This document shows, in pieces, positions 51,869-62,979 of a stretch of 64,000 bases of DNA. This stretch comes from Okamejei kenojei (Eukaryota): the NCBI GenBank assembly GCA_035221665.1, contig CM069155.1, positions 4,526,001 to 4,590,000 of the forward strand, given 5' to 3'. Below the pieces are notes generated by a model. The model worked only from the letters and a program-made list of their open reading frames with translations. It had not been told where the DNA came from and made no database searches. The position numbers and the translations under genes are program-made. Position 1 is the first letter of the stretch. The number at the start of each line of letters is the position of its first letter.

Positions 51869-52471
51869 AGGGCCTGACTGACTGACGCCCGATGTGGCCT
51901 GAAAACCGTCACGTAATATGACAGGAAGTGACACAGCTGCGTCAAGCTACGTCACTCCGCATCACCAATTTCCAAGCGTCACCATGCGTCACCATAGGAC
52001 AGAATGCGACAGCATACGGAGGTATAGGACAGCGCCTGTGACGTCAAGCGGCATCAATGTACATCCACCCACGACACGATATACGGCAAGATACGACAGG
52101 TTGCGTCATCTGGGGCGTGTGACGTTATTTGATTACCCAGCTTCCCTACAAAAGGGGACGCGCCACGACGCATCATGACGCACGACGACGAACGAGTGAC
52201 GCGTGGCGATGCACGGTGATGCAAAATAAATTAGCATAGGCAATGACCGTGCATCACCACGCGTCAGCGCGTCATCGTGCGAAAGGGCGCATGACATGAC
52301 ATGTCGCGCAAGGATTTTGAACATTCCAAAATCCTGGGGCGGCAGGGAGACACCGCACATTACCGTGCGTCACCGTATGCGTCACCGTGCCTCACGCCAC
52401 ATCATGACCACGTCACGACCTGACCACGACGTGACAACCTCTTCTTAGGCTGTCGCCTAAAATGTCGCCCT
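51869..52471. mobile_element. CpG-rich Harbinger-like MITE
   Basis: taaagggcctg...gcccttaa ends; repeated cgtcac/gtgacg words; internal palindrome ggattttgaacattccaaaatcc. Confidence 0.55.
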
Positions 52472-53484
52472 TAACACAAAGTGGGCAATACAGGGTGCTC
52501 CCAGATGACCAGGCCATATCTGCCCAGTGAAAGGTAATTATCTTACTGGAGGCAAGCTACAGTTCCACCCTCATATGAACCTTATTACTGCAGAAGAGTG
52601 TGTGTGAAACCCTGTGTTTAAACGGATGAGGCTGTTATAATACTGGTAGCAAACATCAGTCCTTCACAATTATGTCTGTCATTGACAACATTCTAGAGCA
52701 TTAGAGTCCTATACAATCCCTGCAGTCCTAATTCAGATCATGCGTTACAGTAACACCAGAAATGTGAATCAGCATTACTGCTGGTCAGTGAGAATTGCTC
52801 TGTTAGTGCTTAAAAAAAAGGATATACATGTCCGTCTTAGAAAAGCAACCTGTTCTATCTGTCGTGCTTTTGTCGGTGTGTAGCAGTGCTGGGGATTTCA
52901 CTAATCCCGTCTCTTCATCAAAGAGCGAAATGCTAGCACTTTGTCATCCATTGAGAATTGTAGTAAATGTCCACATTTCAACAAATAGCATTTTAAATCA
53001 TCAATTGCCAAGCATACAGTACATGTATAAGAACATTATGTCCTTAACCAGGAGAAAGTTCAACCCAATGCCTTTCAGTTTGTCCGACAATGCCAACATC
53101 TCCAGTTCCCCCTTCCCACCACCCGCACATTTATAAACACATTATATGAAAGTTTACTTTAAACTGCTCCGCAGTGCTACCTCGCTGACAATCAAAGTTT
53201 TGTAACATCTGTTGAGGGCAAGGAGAAAAGCCAGGCTTATTATGTGCCTGCAAGCCATCTGCTGTATGCTTGGGCCTCCTCACACAAGATCAGCTGAATT
53301 TTTAATGAACCCAGGCTGGTTGGAAACAGCTTGTAGATACAATGGCAGGAGAGGCTGTCCAGCTGCAGTAGCTGCCGAATACAGTGTCACTGTTAACTTG
53401 AATGTATAAGTGGGCTGTTGGAACACCATGCGGGTTGATTCATACGAACTTCCAGTGACACAGTAATTCAACTCAATCAGCAGG

Positions 53485-53760
53485 GACACACGCATATATA
53501 CCCGCTCACATGTACACATGCACTTTTACATGCATGCACTCACAGGCACTCATGCATATACAATTCCCATGCACACTCAATCATGCACACGCACTCATCC
53601 TGACACGTGCACATGCACCCCTCACAATGAAGCAACATCTCCGACATGTGTATACACGCTCATATACACGTACAGAAGCACACTTGCTTGCACACACTCT
53701 TTTCCATACACACAAACACTCCATACATCAGTGTGCACGCTCATATATTAATGCATTACG
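53485..53760. repeat. Degenerate (CA/CATG)n low-complexity tract
   Basis: Alternating purine-pyrimidine sequence with seven CATGCA between 53517 and 53617. Confidence 0.85.
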
Positions 53761-55096
53761 CACTGCAAATTACAAGGCATGCTCTTTCCAGGCAACATTA
53801 GTGAAATTAACGTATTACTGCTGTATACATCGTTTTTTTAAAAATTTCTGCTAAATGTACACTGCACCAGGTGATAATCCTTCCCCATAATTCGAAGATT
53901 TCGAAGTAAAGTCAAAGTTTATCCACTCCCATTTTCTGTCAGTCCCCCATCTCGCCTGAGTGTGACCAGATAGCTTTTGCTGAAACTGCAGCAGACGGAA
54001 CAGCTCATTTCAAACAACGGGTCAAGGTAGCTACCGGATTAATAACTTGTAGTGGTGGATTATTTTTGCCACCTATGCCTGCAGCTCCGAAATGAAGTTT
54101 AGAGGAAGGGAATTAACCAAGGCAGAGTTCTGGTCTACTTTATAACCCAAGATTTAAATGAATGCAATAAATAAGCTGAGACAAGTGGAGATCAATGTAG
54201 CTCCTTTCTAGGAGTGTGATGTCTATCACCCCTTTTTCATTTTGTTAAAGTTTGAGTTTGATTGTGCCAGCTTCACATTGGGTACATTCTTTGATCTGAA
54301 ACGAGTGGTTATCTGTTGTTGTCATTGGAACATGTTATAAACAGCTGGGCGCATCTCAGCTGGATGGCCAGCGACCATATAATAAATAGTTGAACCACAC
54401 TGGCGGCTCCCTGTTCAAAATAAGTACCACTTTCCCTCTCAATAAACATCCGTATTCCAACAAGTGGATTGTCACCAAAGCGTTCTAATTATTACCGCCT
54501 TACTGAGTGATTTCGTATATTTAGTAAAACCTTCTGTCCTCAAATCTATTGAAGCCCCGTTTATGAATAACATGTGCCATATGTTCCTGACATACGTCCT
54601 ATTATTAACTTAATTAAGGTTACTTCATCCTTTGAGAGCCCAACTCGTAGTGGCTATCAAGGAGGATCGTGTTAACCCATCAACACCCGGATTAATAAAG
54701 ACTTTCTATATTTAACACAAAAAATAGAACAGTAGAAGATGGGAGGTGTAATGGAACTTTGTTTCCACTAAAAATATGCTCACTTGAATTGAAGAAGTGA
54801 GGTACTCCTCACTTCAGCAATAAATGATATTAGATATAATTTGTTCTTATTTATAGCTGTTATTCTGGCGTTATTACACCCCCCCTCCCGTTGTGACCCC
54901 ACCCGTGGGAGTCAGTGTTGACAGTCTTTCTTACCCCCAGACACTTACAGAGGGGGGGGGGGGGGAGCGGGTTAGTACTAACTACAGCAGATGGCCAGTT
55001 AAATCTACAGCAACCGCTACAGCCAGGTAATCGTGGTCGGCAACATTCTCGTCTCTCTCCAAGATTACAAAAAAAAAGGATGCAAAGTCATCTTAC

Positions 55097-55227
55097 TTGT
55101 TCAGGCTCCGCCGGGCTCTGATGCTGGCTACGATGATGCTTTCTGGCCGAGGAGTCGCCACCGCCTTGAACGTCCCCCTCCAGAACTTTTCGAAGAGCTG
55201 TTTCTCGCCCTGCTGGACGCTGACCAT
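55097..55227 (-). CDS. SRRM4: SRRM4 (nSR100, serine/arginine repetitive matrix protein 4), first coding exon
   Basis: Translates to MVSVQQGEKQLFEKFWRGTFKAVATPRPESIIVASIRARRSLN(K), nearly identical to the human SRRM4 N-terminus as I recall it (MASVQQGEKQLFEKFWRGTFKAVATPRPESIIVASITARK...). ATG at 55227 lies in a perfect Kozak context (gccgccATGg). The exon ends at a canonical donor AA|GTAAGA (GT at 55096-55095); 131 coding nt, phase-2 intron. Confidence 0.95.
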
Positions 55228-55770
55228 GGCGGCGGGCGGGGTGGGTCGGTGGATGGGCAGCGGGGAGAGAGTGAGAGGCTGGAGCTCCGACCCCAGCACG
55301 CTCAAAGCAAAGCAGGCATGCACACACACACAGAAACACACACACACACACACTGCCCGGCAGCACAGGAGCAGGAGCTGTCCAGTTACTGAAACGCTCC
55401 ACCTCCTCCAACAGCTTCCCTTGCACAAAGAGTGTCCCACTCTCTCCCTCTCTCTGTCTGCCTCTCTTGCGATACGGATCAGCCAGCCAGATGCGACGCG
55501 GATTTCCAGCAGTTACTTCATCAAAAGGACCGGATCAGTTTATAATCAGAGGAACTGGCGAATGGGCAGGCAACAAACAACAGGAGAGCTGTTGCCAAAT
55601 AGTCTGGCGTTTATTAGTTACAACAAAGGACTGGCTGTCAGGAGAAGGCAGAGAGATTGTGGAGGACACAAAAGCGGCAGCAGTGTGCGTACAGCAGCGA
55701 AGCAGTTCCCTTGTTTTTGTCTCATTTATTTGTGACGTTGGAGCTGGCTTGGTCAGCTGAGTGCAACATA
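55228..55770 (-). promoter_or_regulatory. SRRM4: SRRM4 5'UTR and proximal promoter candidate
   Basis: CpG-containing, transposon-free region upstream of the ATG. Minus-strand TATAAA at 55544-55539, E-boxes CAGATG (55488-55493) and CAGCTG (~55754), a TGACGT CRE-like site (~55733), and a (CA)n tract at 55321-55353. Confidence 0.55.
55374..55393 (-). promoter_or_regulatory. RE1/NRSE-like (REST) motif, variant spacing
   Basis: Minus strand reads TTCAGTAAC-T-GGACAGCTCC against consensus TTCAGCACC-nn-GGACAGCnCC: perfect right half-site, 7/9 left half-site, 1-nt instead of 2-nt spacer. Confidence 0.4.
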
Positions 55771-56420
55771 TCTTCCCCCTTCTCTCCCCCGCCCTCTCTT
55801 CCTCACACCCTCCCTCTCTCTCTCCCTCAATCTCTCTCCCTTCCCCTCTCTCCCTCGCTCCCTCGCTCTCTTCCTCTCTCCCTAACTCTCTCCCCCCTCC
55901 CTCCTTCTCTCCCTCTCTCCACCCTCTCCCCCCTCTCCCTCCTTCTCTCACTCCCATTATCTCCCCATCTTTCTCCCTCCCTCTGTCCCTCCTCTCTCCC
56001 TCTCTCCCTCTCTCCCTCTCTCTCCCCCTCTCTCTCTCACCCTACCTCCCTCTCCACCTTCTCCCCCTCTCTCCCTCTCTCCCCCCCTCCCTCTCTATTT
56101 CCCTCCCACTCCCTCTCCCCCGGCCTCTCTTCCCCTCTCTCTCCCTCTTTCTCTCACCCTACCCCTCCACCTCTCCCCCTCTCTCCCTCTCCCTCCTTCT
56201 CTCTCTCTCTCTCCCTCCCTCTCTCCCTCCTCTCTCTCTCCCTCTCTTCTCTCACCCTACCCCCTCTCCACCTCTACCCCCTCTCCTCCCTTCCCTCTCT
56301 CCCTCCCTCTCTCTCTCCTCTCCCTCTCTCCCTCCCTCCCTCCCTCTCTCTCCCCCTCCCTCTCTCCCTCTCCCCCGCCCTCTCTTCCCCTCTCCCTCCC
56401 TCCCTCGCTCTCACTCTCTG
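55771..56420. repeat. ~650-bp polypyrimidine (CT-rich) tract upstream of SRRM4 exon 1
   Basis: Almost exclusively C/T on the plus strand. Confidence 0.95.
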
Positions 56421-56993
56421 CCGTGCCTTTTGCCAAAGCCTGCTGCCTGTACATCAGCATAACAAAGGGCGCAGGTTTGCGAGCACCGGCCCTGCGTGTG
56501 CCCGACAGACACAGTGCTGGCCAGCTGTATTTGCCAACCGCCGGTCAAGTGGCGAGGCAGAGGGAACAAGCGCTGTGTTCTGAACCCTTGGTCGAGTGGC
56601 ACTAGATGACATTGCCGGCGTTCTCTGTCTAAACCCTGCGATTTGTCCTCTGCATTCAAACGGAGTTTGTGTTTACATTTCCGCTGGCGTTATGTCCCGT
56701 TATTAAACCGTTGTGATCATCTTGCAGTTGGTGCTGGAAGTCCCCATCCACAATAACATGCGGTTTGCATCGTGGGTTACTCAAGGCATTGTAACCCCTG
56801 GGCCAGAGTGTAGCGGAGGCTGCCCTCGGGTATGGTGCAGAGTGGGCGATAGAATAGAGACGACAGACTCAAAGCAGGAGGCAAATTGTCAGTACCAAGA
56901 GTCTGGTTTACTCTCCAAAACCAGAATACACCTAAACTCCAATAATATGTTGTCTGATTATTCAGAAATTCTGCTGGTGCAGCATCAGGCTAA

Positions 56994-57150
56994 CTATATT
57001 TCCTTTGATCTGTGGTTTTCACTCCTCACCCTTCCATATCTCTAGACCCTCTCCCCTGACTCAAGGGTGTCGACCCGAAACGTCACCCATTCCTTCTCTC
57101 CACAGATGCAGCCTGTCCCGCTGAGTTACTCCAGCATTTGTGTCTATCTC
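56994..57150 (+). mobile_element. Penelope terminal mini-insertion
   Basis: TSD caggctaa (56986-56993, 57151-57158); gggtgtcgacccgaaacgtcaccc. Confidence 0.78.
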
Positions 57151-57654
57151 CAGGCTAATTCGCACCCTGGTCCCCGTGCTTTATGTAATATACCGGGCCC
57201 CTAGTTCCCGCGCTCCCTTTAAAACCCAGCCCCCCTTTAAACTCACCGGGACACAGTCTGCAACACTCCCTTGAAACGCACATGGTGCTGTTTCCTGCTG
57301 TCGTTTGAAACCTTGTGGGTTTACTAGGACATATGTCATTTCGCTGCAAAACATCGAAAACAAATCGGAACTAAAAGAGTGTTGGAACATTAATTAGAAT
57401 AAAACGCGATAGTCTAGAAAGTATTGCAAGTGTGGCAGCTCAATGGAATCTAGCTGCACCAGGAGGTGAATCTTCGGAATTCACCGCTCGAAGAGTAACG
57501 GCGACTTGATCTTTGCCGGCATTTAAAACAGGAATAGACACAGTTTTGAAAGATTGGACTATGGAGACCTGGCACAGGATAGGAACTATGACATGGGATA
57601 GATCAACCGTGATCACATTAAATGCTGAAGCAGGTCCAAATGGCCAGGTCGCCC

Positions 57655-58770
57655 ATTGTTCCCGATGCTGGGGGAGTCCAGAACCAGTTTAAGAATAAGG
57701 GCGAGGCCATTTAGGACTGTGATGAGGAAAAACCTTTTCATCCAGAGAGTCGTGAATCTGTATAATTCTCTGCCACAGAAGGCAGTGGAGTCCAATTCAC
57801 TGGATGTTTTCACGAGAGAGTAATGGGTCTGTTCCACTTAAGCGACTTTTTAGGTGAGTGCAGGAGACTCTGCGCATTCGCCACATGGTCGCCACATGTT
57901 AGCTGGTGGTCTCTGTGAGTCTCCTTCATGGTCACGAGGAGTTCCCGCATTCTGGGAACTAGTCGCGGCCTCAGTGTGGTCGCTGCAAAATTTTCAACAA
58001 AAATTGGTCGCCATGGAGATAATCGCTAATCCTGTCATCGTAGGGGCAGTTGTAGTGGGGTCGCCGTGTAGTTATGGGTAGTCGAGGTAATCGCAGGTAG
58101 TTTTAGCTCATTTTCATTGGGTCATTGGGGGAAAAAAAACGTAAGCACGACTTTTCAGAACCAAGGAGAACTGCCTGGTAATGTTAAATGTCCACCGAGC
58201 TTCACACCTGCGTATCTCTGGCTTATTAAAAGTTGTCTCCACCCCTTCTCCCCCCCCTTCTTCCCCCCCCTTCTTCCCTCCCCTTCTCACCCCCCCCCCC
58301 TCCTCCCTCCCCCCTTCTCCCCCCCCTTCTCTCCCCCTTCTCCCCCCCTTCTCTCCCCCCTTCTCTCCCCCCCTTCTCCCCCCCTTCTTCCCTCCTTTCT
58401 CCCCCCCATCTCCCCCCCTTCTCTCCCCCTCTCTCTCTCTCCCCTTTCTCCCCCCCTTCTCCCCCCTTCTCTCCGCCTTCTTTGCCCCCTTCTCCCCCCC
58501 CTTCTTCCCCCCCCTTCTTCCCCCCTTGTCCCCCCCCTTCTCCCCCCCTCCCTTCTCTCCCCTCCCTTCTCCCCCCCTCCCTTCTATCCCCCCCTTCTCC
58601 CCCCTCCTGCCCTCCCTTCCCCCCCCTTCTCCCCCTCCCCCCCCCCCCCCCACTAGCAGGAGCAGGGTACTGATTTTAGAAGATAAGCCATGATCATATT
58701 GAATGGTGGTGCTGGCTCAAAGGGCCGAATGGCCTACTCCTGCACCTATTTTCTATGCTTTTTTTTCTAT
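57655..58770 (+). mobile_element. CR1 3' end split by a Harbinger-like MITE (57823-~58230) and a C-rich tract (58239-58631)
   Basis: The CR1 stops at gagagagtaa|tgggtctgttccactt (TIR-like) and resumes at agcagg..gggtactgatttt. Confidence 0.7.
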
Positions 58771-59019
58771 TGCTGCTCTGTTGCTGTATTTTTTTGTGCT
58801 ATGTATGTTAGAAATCAAAAAATGAAAGAAGATGTTGGAAGTGCCCAGTAAGTCAGGCAGAAACAGAAGCAGAAACCTCTCATGTGCGCATAACGAATTC
58901 CATCATGCCAGGTAAATGTGGGGGCTCCATGTGCCACTCTGCTCTCATCCTTCAGCAATGCCCAAAGCAGTTGATCTGGTTGGTCTATTTCATTGCTGCT
59001 GCTTGTAAATAAGAAACCA

Positions 59020-59380
59020 TAGATTCATAGAGTGATACAGCCTGGAAATAGGCCCTTCAGCCCAACTTGCCCACACCAGCCAACATGTCCCAGCTACACT
59101 AGTCGCACTTGCCTGCGTTTGTCCCATATTCCTCTAAACCTGTCCTATCCATGTACCTGTCTAACAATTCATTAAATGTTGTTATAGTCCCTGCATCAAC
59201 GTCCTCCTCTGGCAGCTTGTTCAATACACCCACCACCATATGTGTGAAAAAGTTACCCCTCAGATTCCTGTTAAATCTTCTCCCCTTCACCTTAAACCTA
59301 TGTCCCCTGGTCCTCGATTTGCCTACTCTGGGCAAGAGACTCTGTGCATCTACCCGATCCATTCCTCTCACGATTTTATT
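59020..59380 (-). mobile_element. CR1 3' end (subfamily sharing its tail with the SINEs)
   Basis: SRTRGHRFKVKGRRFNRNLRGNFFT; the reverse-complement tail is gggctgaagggcctatttcc. Confidence 0.88.
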
Positions 59381-59904
59381 CACAACGTTTGCCAACTTGA
59401 CAACTGTGATGACCTTTCAAAACCACTTCACTGTTGATAGATGTTTCTGTGTGTCGTGAGGTTGTGAAAGAGGTAAAATAAATGGATGTCTTTCCATGGC
59501 ATGCTCACTCTCCCAAGCTGCGCTGTACTCCCAAACACACCTTTGGAAGAAGTTACACCGTTTTATTTCTTGCAAGACCAGCCATTCTCATAACAAGATC
59601 TCAGTCAGGATCTGTATTTCTATAGAAGGAAGAAGAGGCTTTGACAATCTCGTGGGCAAGCAGCAGCAGTGGCTTATACTGTAGGTGGCAAGATTGCTGG
59701 CCAATTACAGGGCATGGTGTCTACTTTATCTTTGCTCTTTATGTTGTAGGATGGCTTTGCTTATTTGAGCAGGAGAGCAGAGAGCAGGATTTCAGCTTGT
59801 GCCGATGTATTTATTTCAATTGCCATGGTGTGGGCTAATAGCCTCTGTCCTGCTATTGTATATTTGTTAGCAGCGACCAAGTGTTGAATCCATGTCAATC
59901 GTAT

Positions 59905-60870
59905 AGAAATATATAAAATTATTTTTAAAAGTTGTTTTAAAATGTTATTAATATTATTAGAAGCAATTGTACAGGGATAAGACGATCGACATAATAGTTA
60001 TACAACTATATATAGTTGTATAACTATATATCTTCCCCCCCCCCACCCATCCCCACCCATCCCTGGCATCGGGTTTAAATTTGTGTTTAACCATTCTGTT
60101 GTTGCAGAAATTCAGTAAAAGGGAACCATGTCTTAAGAAATTGATCTGGTTTTTCCGCCAAGACAAGCCTAATGTTTTCCAAATGTAGTGTCTCAGACAT
60201 ATCCGTAATCCACATCTTCACTGTAGGGACTGTTGTCTCTTTCCAAAATGTAAGTATTAATTTTTTCGCCGTTATTAGGCTGTAATTGAGGAAACGTCTT
60301 TGAAATATCGTTAGCTTAGAGCAGGCCTCCGGCATACCTAATGTGATCAGTTTTATATCTGGTTCCAATTTAATTTTTAGTATTTTGGAGAAGGTATCAA
60401 ATATTCCCCTCCAGAAGTTTTCTAACTTTATACAGGAAGCGAAGGAATGGGTTATAGTCGCTTCTTGGAGGAGACATTTATCACAAATCGGAGAGACGTT
60501 TGGGAAGATCTTGTTCAATTTGATCTTTGAATAGTAGAGTCCATTGCAGTATTTTAAATACTATCAGGGAGTGCCTAACATTGAGAGAGCAGTAGTGTAT
60601 GTATAGAAGGCTCTCCTCCCAGCTATCCTTTGAAATTAGTAAACCCAATTTGTCTTCCCATGCTCGCCTATGCATCTCAGAAGATGGGATGTGTGCAATT
60701 AAAAGAGTATTGTAAGTGTAGGATATTAACTTGCTTGTATCAGCCTGTCTATTCATGCATTCGTCTAGTATATCTGGACCCATAAAGTGACAGTCTTGTG
60801 TATATGTTTTCACATAGTCTCGGATTTGAAGATATCTAAAAAAATACTTGCTTTCAAATGACGTGTAAAT
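59905..60870 (-). mobile_element. L1-clade LINE ORF2 3' end
   Basis: YFFRYLQIRDYVK and the CCHC zinc knuckle CDKCLLQEATITHSFASC..LENFW, plus AKKLILTFWK; AT-rich 3'UTR. Confidence 0.88.
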
Positions 60871-60871
60871 C

Positions 60872-62057
60872 ATATAGAAATATATAGAATTCTTAAGGGA
60901 TTGGACAGGCTAGGTGCAGGAAAAATGTTCCTGATTGGATTGGACAGACTAGATGCAGGAAAAAGTCTGAAGAAGGGACTCGCCTATTCCTTCTCTCCGC
61001 CTGAAACATTGCCTAATCTTTCTCTCCATAGATGCTGCCTCACCCACTGAGTTTCTCCAGCATTTTATGTCTAACTTCCTGATGCACAGAGTCTCTTGCC
61101 CAGAGTAGGGCAATCGAAAATCAGAGGACATAGGTTCAAGGTGAAGGGGAAAGATTTAATAGGAATCGAGGGGTAACTTTTCACACAGAGGGTGGTGGGT
61201 GCCAGAGGTGTTAGTTGAGGCTGGGACTACCCGAACATTTAAGAAACAGTTAGACAGCTACATGGATAGGACAGGTTTGGAGTGATATGGACCAAGCGTA
61301 GGCAGGTGGGATTAGTGTAGATGGGACATGTTGGCCAGTGAGGGCAAGTTGGGCTGAAGGGCCTGTTCCCACACTGTATTGCTCTATGACTATGTCAGGG
61401 GAGTCAAGAACCAGGGGTCACAGTTTAAGAATAAGGGGGTAGCCCATTTAGGACTGTAATATAACTGAGATGATGAAAACATTTCACCTAGCGAGTTGTG
61501 AATCTGTGGAATTCTCTGCCACAGAAGGAAGTGGAAGCCAATTCACTGGATGTTTTCAAGACAGAGTTAGATCTTGCGGCTGACGGAATCAAGGGTTATG
61601 GGGAGAAAGCAGGAACGGCGTACTGATTTTGGATTATCAGTCATGATCATATTGAATGGCGGTGCTGGCTCAAAGGGCCAAATGGCCTACTGCTGCACCT
61701 ATTTTCTGTTTCTATGTTTCTATGTTTCATGTCCTATTACCTCTAAGTCAAGAACCAGGGGCCACAGACTTAGAATAAAGGTGAGGCCATGTAAGTCTGA
61801 GGTGAGAAAAAACTTTTTCACACAGAGAGTTGTGAATTTGTGGGATTCCCTGCCACAGAGTGCAGTGGAGGCTAAATCACTGGATGCATTTAAGAGAGAG
61901 TTAGATAGAGCTCTAGGGGCTAGTGGAATCAAGGGATATGGGGAGAAGGCAGGCACGGGTTATTGATTGGGGCAGATCAGCCATGATCACAATACATGGC
62001 GGTGCTGGCTCGAAGGGCCGAATGGCCTCCTCCTGCACCTATTTTCTATGTTTCTAC
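60872..62057 (+). mobile_element. Cluster of nested CR1 3' ends with a Penelope terminal piece (60963-61078)
   Basis: Three CR1 tails ending at ~61394, ~61725 and ~62056. Confidence 0.85.
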
Positions 62058-62317
62058 CTGTACACTGTGATTGAGCAGATCATCATTGCCAAGATGAGAT
62101 ACCTTGAGTTGATTTCCTGCCACTGGAACAATGACTTGTTGTTTAGTGTCAACAGTAGTATCTGGAGCCATTCCTTTCACATCTGACTCATGCAGGTTTG
62201 ATGTCGAGAGATTTGTTCCCAGCCCAAATTGAAGTTTGTCCATAATTACTGTGGGGAAATATTGACGATGAGCTGTTGTATAGTTTCAGAGATCAGACTG
62301 GGGTCTGTTTAGTTTTA

Positions 62318-62554
62318 CATCTCTGGATAGAAGGAATGGGTGACGTTTTGGGTCAAAACCCTTCTTCAGTAGTTCTATATCTCTCTATATCACCATCTCT
62401 ATCTCTCATTTCCCTTTCCCCTGACTCTCAATCTGAAGAAGGGTCTTGATCCAAAACTTCTCACATTCCTTTTCTCCAGAGATGCTGCCTGCCCCGCTGA
62501 ATTACTCCAGCATTTTGTGTAAACCGGCATCTGCAGTTCCTTCCTACACATTTT
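62318..62554. mobile_element. Penelope terminal fold-back mini-insertion with two opposed hammerhead motifs
   Basis: TSD gtctgtttWgtttta (62303-62317, 62555-62569); motifs at ~62340 (-) and ~62433 (+). Confidence 0.82.
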
Positions 62555-62912
62555 GTCTGTTTTGTTTTAGTCAGTCACTGCTGAATATTCAGAAATATTT
62601 CTATATATTACAGTTAAAAGCATTTATTATGTAAGAAAGCATTGTGGTACAGTGGTTAGTGCTGTTGCCTCCCACCTCCAGTGACCTGGGCTCCATCCTG
62701 ATGTTAGCTGCTGCTCGACTAAGTGGGACCCATTGGGTACCGGCTTCACATGGGAGGGCTGGACCCCCAATGCAATATTCCACTTCTCCACCAATTCCAA
62801 TATTGCTGGCCAGTGGGATATTTCTGGAGCGCTAGTATGTGTGTTGTGGGTCAAATGGACTGATTTCCAGAGGGCTAGTATGGACATTGTGGGCCGAATG
62901 GATTCTTGGGCT

Positions 62913-62978
62913 GGCAGCTCAGTCACTCTGGCCAGGCAGCTCAGACACTCTGGCCAGGCAGCTCAGTCACTCTGGCCA
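62913..62978. repeat. 22-bp tandem repeat x3 (GGCAGCTCAGTCACTCTGGCCA)
   Basis: Directly visible. Confidence 0.9.
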
Positions 62979-62979
62979 G

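Larger units (their letters stand above)
1..55096 (-). other. SRRM4: Probable SRRM4 intron 1 (runs off the left edge of the window)
   Basis: Follows the donor at 55096. I saw no K/R/S-rich SRRM4-like exon on the minus strand. A poorly conserved exon 2 inside the window cannot be excluded. Confidence 0.65.

Noticed and set aside
55228-55440. N-terminal extension of ORF 55093-55440
   Set aside because: Uses a non-ATG start and runs through a (TG)n tract. Homology and the Kozak context place the real start at 55227, and the apparent stop is within the splice donor GTAAG.
55535-58693. Pro/Ser/Leu-rich and Gly/Glu/Arg-rich ORFs (e.g. 55657-56583, 58117-58656)
   Set aside because: Translations of low-complexity CT/GA tracts.
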